From Spirochaetota bacterium (GTDB taxonomy: Bacteria; Spirochaetota; UBA4802; UBA5550), in NCBI GenBank assembly GCA_963663865.1, contig OY760686.1, forward strand, positions 2,509,730 through 2,573,729: a stretch of 64,000 nucleotides of DNA, written 5' to 3'. The position numbers and the translations under genes are program-made. The notes under the pieces are model-generated. The model made no database searches, had not been told where the DNA came from, and saw only the letters and a list, made by a program, of their open reading frames with translations. Below are positions 58,829 through 64,000 of the stretch, one piece after another (position 1 is the stretch's first letter; the number at the start of each line of letters is the position of its first letter).

Positions 58829-60042
58829 AAATTTCATCGCTGTTAAAAACTACATTGTCAGCATCTTTTTGCATCCTTTATGCACTTGCCGTCCATTCCC
58901 AGCAGAATAAAACAACCGAAGAACAGCCTCTCAAGGCCATAGACACAGACGGAAAAGCGGTAATAAAAAATGAAAACGCCAAGGTCGACGATGCTGAAAA
59001 GCCTGCAGAAAAAAAAGATGAGGCAGCCGAGCTGGAAGAAAAGCGGATTAAGTACATCAAGGAAACCATCAGCTTCGGAATCCAGGACGAGCGGCATGAC
59101 GCAATAGGCAAGATACTGCTAATCAAGAACGAAAAAGGACGCAACGAACTTAACGATATTCTTATATCACTTCTTAAAACCGAATACAGCAGCGACATAA
59201 AGGTTAAGGCCCTCAGTGTTCTGGGCGAGCTTAAGCTTGGCCGTGGAACCGCTGAAATACTCGCACTTCTGGACGACAGCTCTGAAGACGTAAGGGTCGC
59301 CGCAGTCTACGCGCTAAACAGCCTGTCCGCCGTATCCTCGGCCGAGTCTCTTGATAAAACTCTGAGAAAACTGTCAATTGAATCAGACTCAAGCTTTCAC
59401 GAGGCGCTAATAAATGCGCTCGGAGATTTTAAATACAAAGGGGCGGCAGACTTCGCGAGAGATACCATATCCAGCGTGAAAGCAGCAGATACTCTCAGAG
59501 AGAAGCTGGTGCTCTACCTCGGCAAGGTCGAAGATACTGCCTCTAAGGATTTCCTGCTGAAGCTGTTTAAAGACCAGGACGAAGACATCACTATACGCTC
59601 CTATGCGGTAAACTCAATCGGAAAGATTGGAGCTGTTGACGCCGCACCGGACATAAAGGCGGCCCTTAAGGAAATTGACGACTATCCGCTAAAAAAGAGG
59701 CAGAACTATTATTCCTTCAGTATTTACGCCACAGCGGCCCTTGTCAAACTCGGAGACGCAGAGGCTGCCCCCCGTCTCATGAACTCACTCAAGAGCAACA
59801 ACGCCGCTGTCAGAATAAGAGCTATCGAGTTAATCAGAGAGCTTAAGGATAAAAGAACAATTGACATTTTGAAATACAAAATGAAATATGATCAAAACGA
59901 AAGAGTCAGAAAGCTTGCCGAAGAGACCCTCAAAGAAATGGGAGTTGATCCTGAGGGTAAAGCGGATAAGCCAGAAGATGGTTCTTCCGGCAAAGATAAA
60001 ACTGACGGGACCGGAAATGAAGACACAGTTAACAGGAAATAG
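58825..60042 (+). CDS. Secreted HEAT/PBS-lyase-repeat protein
   Basis: It has a signal peptide. Repeated …VRVAAVYALNSL…, …IRSYAVNSIGKIG… and …VRIRAIELIREL… HEAT-like units are present. The tail is charged. Confidence 0.55.
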   Translation: MKISSLLKTTLSASFCILYALAVHSQQNKTTEEQPLKAIDTDGKAVIKNENAKVDDAEKPAEKKDEAAELEEKRIKYIKETISFGIQDERHDAIGKILLIKNEKGRNELNDILISLLKTEYSSDIKVKALSVLGELKLGRGTAEILALLDDSSEDVRVAAVYALNSLSAVSSAESLDKTLRKLSIESDSSFHEALINALGDFKYKGAADFARDTISSVKAADTLREKLVLYLGKVEDTASKDFLLKLFKDQDEDITIRSYAVNSIGKIGAVDAAPDIKAALKEIDDYPLKKRQNYYSFSIYATAALVKLGDAEAAPRLMNSLKSNNAAVRIRAIELIRELKDKRTIDILKYKMKYDQNERVRKLAEETLKEMGVDPEGKADKPEDGSSGKDKTDGTGNEDTVNRK

Positions 60043-60073
60043 AAAAACCACCTACCGGACGAGAGAAATTGCG

Positions 60074-60427
60074 ATGCTCGCGCTTTTTACCTTCGCTTCT
60101 GCCCTCGTCTCTATAGCGGCGATGGATCTGCTTGTGACCCCGGTAGCACTTTTCGCTGTCAACAGGACTGCTGCCTTTAACTTCGTTATCACCTATATAT
60201 TGACTTCGTCTATTGCTGCCCTCCTGGTGCTGTTTATTACAGTACGTATTGTTCGTATGAAGCGCAACGGCCTGCCGGTTAAAAGCATCATGTTGTATCT
60301 TCTAAAAAAGCCGGTCAGATGGGCGGGAACGGGCCTGGCCTTTCTTTTCATATCCGGGCTTCTCATCGCCTCACTCTACATTGTCCTCTCGTGGAACAAC
60401 GGATTTTTGCACAAAATCGCCGGTTGA
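60074..60427 (+). CDS. Small integral membrane protein (3-4 TM)
   Basis: The ATG at 60074 (MLALFTFASALVSIAAMDLL…) lies after the HEAT-protein stop. The upstream part of the ORF-track frame overlaps the previous gene. Confidence 0.35.
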   Translation: MLALFTFASALVSIAAMDLLVTPVALFAVNRTAAFNFVITYILTSSIAALLVLFITVRIVRMKRNGLPVKSIMLYLLKKPVRWAGTGLAFLFISGLLIASLYIVLSWNNGFLHKIAG

Positions 60428-60435
60428 GGTAGAAA

Positions 60436-61377
60436 ATGCCCCTTACCGATTTTGACAGATACTTCTCAAACTTCCCGGAACCTGATGCGCCTGGAGATTT
60501 CGAATCCTTTTGGAAAGATTCACTCGCTGAGCTGAAAAGAATCAACCTTGAACTTTCGGTCAAAGAGATCAGACGGGATGGATATGCGAATTTCAAAGTG
60601 TATGATGTTACTTTTCAGGGATTTGCCAAAACGCTTGTTCACGCTGTGCTGTTAAAACCGGCAAGGGCAGAAAAAACACGGGCTGTTATATACATTCACG
60701 ACTATAACCGCTATTCCGAAATACCGCGTGAGTCGCTCGACAAAACACTTTCCTATCTTTTCATCGGCATGAGAGGACATCACGTACTGAAAAAGAATCC
60801 AGATGCCGATACGCGTAGCCCCGGCTACATGATAGAGAATATACTTGATCCCAGGACATATTACGTGAAGGCCGTCTATCTCGACGCGTTCAGAAGCATT
60901 GACGCGCTTCGGCTTATTGGCGATATTGACTGCAGCGCTATAGGAATAGCCGGGAAGGGGCTCGGTGCGGCTGCAGCGGCATTCTGTGCAGCCAGCTCAG
61001 ACAGGATCTCGTGCGCTGTGTTAGAAACCCCTGCCTTCTGCAATCTTCCGCTTAGTCAGAACCGTTCATCAAGCGAGCTTACCGAAGAGATAAACGGCTA
61101 CATAGCCGCTTCAAGAGCGAAAAAAAAGCAGGTTAAGGACAACCTTACCTACTTCGATATTCTGAACTTTGCCGATAAAATAACAATGCCTGTTCTTGTT
61201 ACTTCAGGATTTAAAGACACGCTCTCATTGCCCGATTGCATAATGGGATTCTTCAACAGGCTACAGACTGAAAAGACTATTGAGATATATCCCGAAGACG
61301 GCAATAGCGCCGGAGGGGCGGCACAATCCAAAAAATCAGTTAAATGGCTGAAAAAACATCTTTCCCGTCAGGCCTGA
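60436..61377 (+). CDS. Acetyl-xylan esterase / cephalosporin-C deacetylase (AXE1) family alpha/beta hydrolase
   Basis: The N-terminal AXE1 signature is …DFESFWKDSLAEL…. The nucleophile elbow context is …IGIAGKGLGAA…. The product is 313 aa. Confidence 0.6.
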   Translation: MPLTDFDRYFSNFPEPDAPGDFESFWKDSLAELKRINLELSVKEIRRDGYANFKVYDVTFQGFAKTLVHAVLLKPARAEKTRAVIYIHDYNRYSEIPRESLDKTLSYLFIGMRGHHVLKKNPDADTRSPGYMIENILDPRTYYVKAVYLDAFRSIDALRLIGDIDCSAIGIAGKGLGAAAAAFCAASSDRISCAVLETPAFCNLPLSQNRSSSELTEEINGYIAASRAKKKQVKDNLTYFDILNFADKITMPVLVTSGFKDTLSLPDCIMGFFNRLQTEKTIEIYPEDGNSAGGAAQSKKSVKWLKKHLSRQA

Positions 61378-61378
61378 A

Positions 61379-62221
61379 CTATCTTTCAATCAGCCTTTCC
61401 GCGTAGTCAGCCAGCTTCACAAAGCTGTATCCTCTCTTTTTAAGCTCCGGCACAGCTAATCTGACAGCCTCGTTTGTATTTCGCCCAGGATGGTTCATAT
61501 GCATAAGCACGACAGCTCCCGGTGAAGCTTCTCTGAGCAGATTGCGGGCAAGGAGCGCGGCGCTCTTTCCATGCTCGGCATCGCCCGGACTAATCCTGTA
61601 ATTTATAATTCGATATCCTATCTCGTTAACAATCTTTATTGAGACGTCATCATAGCAGGCAGTGCCCGATCTGAAAAGAACGGGCCTTTTTCCTGTTATT
61701 GAGGCTATCTTGACAGCATTTCCCTCGACCTCTTCGACAACATCGGATATGGAACGGGTTCCTTTTATTCCGTAGATTGAAGCGCCGTTTATACTCAAAG
61801 GCCTGTGTTTCAAACCATGGTTCTGTATATCGAAAAGCCTTTTCACGCTTAGCTGTTTAAAGAGAGCCGGGTTTGCGTCTATCCATCTCCCGGAAATAAA
61901 CAGGGTGGCCGGTGTTTCCGTCTGCTCAAGATAATTAATAAGAGCGGCATCATATCCGTTTCCGCCGGGGCCGCCACACGCGTCAAAGGTGAGAGCTATT
62001 ATCCTCTCATCCGTTTTTATCCCCCTGACAACACCTGAAGACCAGGCGCTGAGAGCCGACGGATTCACTCCGGCGTACTTTTTTGTAAGAGTAACCTTGA
62101 GCCCGTTCATGCTGCTGCCGCTTTCACCGGCCCGGCCCGCGCTGACAGTGCCAAGCAGCAAGACTGCGGCCGTAATACGTCCGAACGTCTGAAATAATTC
62201 CATCCGTTTATCCCCGGTCAT
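61379..62221 (-). CDS. Polysaccharide deacetylase (NodB-homology, CE4) family protein
   Basis: Motifs include …IALTFDACGGPGGNGYD…TLFISGRW… and …DIQNHGLKHRPLS…. It has a signal peptide. Confidence 0.8.
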   Translation of the reverse strand: MTGDKRMELFQTFGRITAAVLLLGTVSAGRAGESGSSMNGLKVTLTKKYAGVNPSALSAWSSGVVRGIKTDERIIALTFDACGGPGGNGYDAALINYLEQTETPATLFISGRWIDANPALFKQLSVKRLFDIQNHGLKHRPLSINGASIYGIKGTRSISDVVEEVEGNAVKIASITGKRPVLFRSGTACYDDVSIKIVNEIGYRIINYRISPGDAEHGKSAALLARNLLREASPGAVVLMHMNHPGRNTNEAVRLAVPELKKRGYSFVKLADYAERLIER

Positions 62222-62249
62222 TTGTTATCAAATTCAATAAAGGCGGTTC

Positions 62250-62894
62250 TTAAACAGCGCTGTCTTCAATTAGCGGGACAAATGTTGCGTTACCTATCTT
62301 GTCGACAGATACAGATCCGTCGAAGCACCTTACATATCTGTTTATACAGTGGGACCTGCCGTCTGATACTGGAATAATGAGCCTGCCTCCCTCAGAGAGC
62401 TTACTGAAGAGTGATACCGGAAGTATCTCCGCGCCGGCAGCCACAATAACAGAATCGAACTCACCTTCAGCGTCATTAAAATCACCGGACTTGATAAAGT
62501 CAATGTTTTTGAAACCGAAACGCGAAAGAACTGACATGGCCCTCTCGCTGAGCATCGGAATTCTTTCCATGGTCACAACCCTTCTCGCGAGTCTCGCCAG
62601 AATGGCCGTCTGGTAGCCGGAACCGGTCCCGATTTCAAGGACTGTTTCAGTCCCGTTGAGATTCAATGCCTGCACCATACCAGCTATAACTGAAGGTTTA
62701 GAGATAGTCTGCCCATGTCCTATCGGAAGCGATGAGTCGTTATACGCACTGAACCTGAGAGCCTCAGAAACAAAGAAATGTCTCGGGACAGAGTACATCG
62801 CATCAAGGACTCTGCCGGATTGTATACCCTTTTCGCTCAGTGATCTCAGCATCGCTGATCTCGCGATATGCATCCCGTCATTATCAGGGAACAA
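62250..62894 (-). CDS. pcm: Protein-L-isoaspartate O-methyltransferase
   Basis: The product reads …VPRHFFVSE…GHGQTISKPSVIAGMVQAL…VLEIGTGSGYQTAILARLA…, the canonical PCMT sequence. Confidence 0.85.
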   Translation of the reverse strand: MFPDNDGMHIARSAMLRSLSEKGIQSGRVLDAMYSVPRHFFVSEALRFSAYNDSSLPIGHGQTISKPSVIAGMVQALNLNGTETVLEIGTGSGYQTAILARLARRVVTMERIPMLSERAMSVLSRFGFKNIDFIKSGDFNDAEGEFDSVIVAAGAEILPVSLFSKLSEGGRLIIPVSDGRSHCINRYVRCFDGSVSVDKIGNATFVPLIEDSAV

Positions 62895-64000
62895 AGTAAC
62901 CTCCCCACTCCGTGCCCCGGAGTCCCCTGTAATCTATATCTATGCGCATATCCGACCACCAGCCTCGGAAAATCGCCGGTTTAAACGTTTTGTAAACAAA
63001 CACATACCTGTACTCATCCTGCCCTTTAATACGTGAATAGAGTGAACGGAGAGTGTCAACTTCTGAGGGCAATATCACACTGCCTCCGGTACTTTCAGCT
63101 ATATTCCTGAGTGACTCATCGGGACTTTTAAAAGATATTATATAAACAGGAACAAAGTGACGCTGCGCGTAATGAATTATAGTCCGCTCGCTGTACTGTT
63201 CAAAAGAATCAGCGGCAACCGTTCCGTCTGTAATGAGGATAACCGCCCTTCTGTTAAGGCGGGGAATAAGCGATGATATCGAATTATAGAGGGCCCTCCC
63301 TGTCACCTTTCCGCTCGAATACTCATCGGTAGAAAGAGCCTTGAGAGTCCTCCTTCTGCTCCAGTCATAGGGGCTGGCTTCATAGTAGTCGGAACTGAAG
63401 CCTACCGTCCTGACCGAATCGTTTTTGCGCATTTTTTTAAGAAAGAAGTCTGCTGCCCACTCAACATCCGGGCTGTATCTTCTCGACTGGGTGGACCTGT
63501 CAACACAGATTACAGCTGAAACTGAAGGCGCCTTTTTTTTAAGATAACCGGTGTATATTGACGAAACAGGAGCATTGTCCTCAACTATTTTAATATTTTC
63601 TGATGTCAGTCCATAGACCGGACGGCCTTCCCTGTTTCTGATATTGACATAGCAGGCTACAACCGGAAACATCCCGGTATCGACTGAGGCGATCTCAACC
63701 TCAAGGTTCGTGTATTTCCGTTCAACCGGAGTATAGGCATAAACTGACTGCGCGCTGTAATCGAGACAGTACACAAAGCCGTCTCTGTCAGCCGCTGTGG
63801 CGAAAAGCCTGATGTTCTCCTCACCGTTTTCAGCCTCGAAAGGAGATACATCTCCGGTTGCCGGATCGTATTTCACAAGCCCTTTCCTTTCATCAGAGAT
63901 TAAAAGGCTTCCTCCGTGAACGGATATTCCCCTCGGGCTATCAAGCTTCTTCTCAAGCAGGTTCTTCTTGAAGTTTCCCCATTCATCAAAAAGCGATATT
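62884..64000 (-). CDS. vWA-domain protein with an N-terminal beta-propeller-like region; the 5' end lies beyond the window
   Basis: The reading frame stays open upstream of the ORF-track GTG to the window edge. A vWA-like core is present (…AVICVDRSTQS…AVILITDGT…). Confidence 0.5.
   Translation of the reverse strand, partial: ISLFDEWGNFKKNLLEKKLDSPRGISVHGGSLLISDERKGLVKYDPATGDVSPFEAENGEENIRLFATAADRDGFVYCLDYSAQSVYAYTPVERKYTNLEVEIASVDTGMFPVVACYVNIRNREGRPVYGLTSENIKIVEDNAPVSSIYTGYLKKKAPSVSAVICVDRSTQSRRYSPDVEWAADFFLKKMRKNDSVRTVGFSSDYYEASPYDWSRRRTLKALSTDEYSSGKVTGRALYNSISSLIPRLNRRAVILITDGTVAADSFEQYSERTIIHYAQRHFVPVYIISFKSPDESLRNIAESTGGSVILPSEVDTLRSLYSRIKGQDEYRYVFVYKTFKPAIFRGWWSDMRIDIDYRGLRGTEWGGYFVP

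Noticed and set aside
1-64000. CRISPR arrays, tRNA/rRNA genes, IS elements, integrases and prophage genes
   Set aside because: No spaced direct repeats were found. No tRNA-like GGTTCGA/T-loop motifs or rRNA segments were found. No transposase, integrase or phage-like ORFs were seen. None could be supported from the sequence.

Overview
This 64 kb window reads as chromosomal bacterial DNA at roughly 50% GC, with about 65 protein-coding genes on both strands. No rRNA, tRNA, CRISPR array, transposase or integrase was found. The lineage is a guess only: the TroR-like DtxR regulator, standalone EF-G2-like fusA, many LolA-like and TPR lipoproteins, Maf and HDOD proteins suggest a Spirochaetes-like or similar diderm.

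Housekeeping genes anchor the window. They are the lgt 3' end, rpmE, rho, dapA-dapB, rsmE, aroA and aroH, thiC, pyrG, mfd, an EF-G paralog, zupT, a DtxR-family regulator, pcm and comEC.

The accessory content is an envelope/glycan-modification island spanning about 14.0-28.5 kb. It contains:
- a WecB/TagA-family glycosyltransferase translationally coupled to thiC;
- a WbqC-like gene, a GT2 bactoprenol-type glycosyltransferase fused to a SAM methyltransferase, and a NeuD/PglD-like hexapeptide acyltransferase, overlapping 4 bp (ATGA) at each junction;
- an ECF sigma / anti-sigma / CsgG-like-domain outer-membrane-protein operon, divergent from an 839-aa lipoprotein with N-terminal cadherin-like domains, about 12 BNR/Asp-box repeats and a C-terminal NPVD tandem repeat;
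- a beta-propeller glycosidase-like protein, two zinc-ribbon SAM methyltransferases overlapping by 4 bp (ATGA), and a DegT/WecE-type aminotransferase.

A second block at 46.4-54.2 kb holds comEC (no MBL domain visible), a GHKL-ATPase+HDOD fusion, a Maf/DUF115 motility-accessory-factor-like gene, and secreted, membrane and TPR proteins.

The most unusual observations are:
- two G8 homopolymer tracts, one inside the anti-sigma factor gene and one inside a small outer-membrane-protein gene; these are candidate phase-variation switches;
- the GT2-methyltransferase fusion;
- the thiC-glycosyltransferase coupling behind a long leader with only a weak THI-box resemblance;
- a paralogous pair of GHKL modules (a standalone 178-aa protein and an HDOD fusion) plus a GAF-PP2C phosphatase, with no STAS partner in the window.

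Every call comes from reading the supplied translations and DNA by eye. No database search or computation was run.
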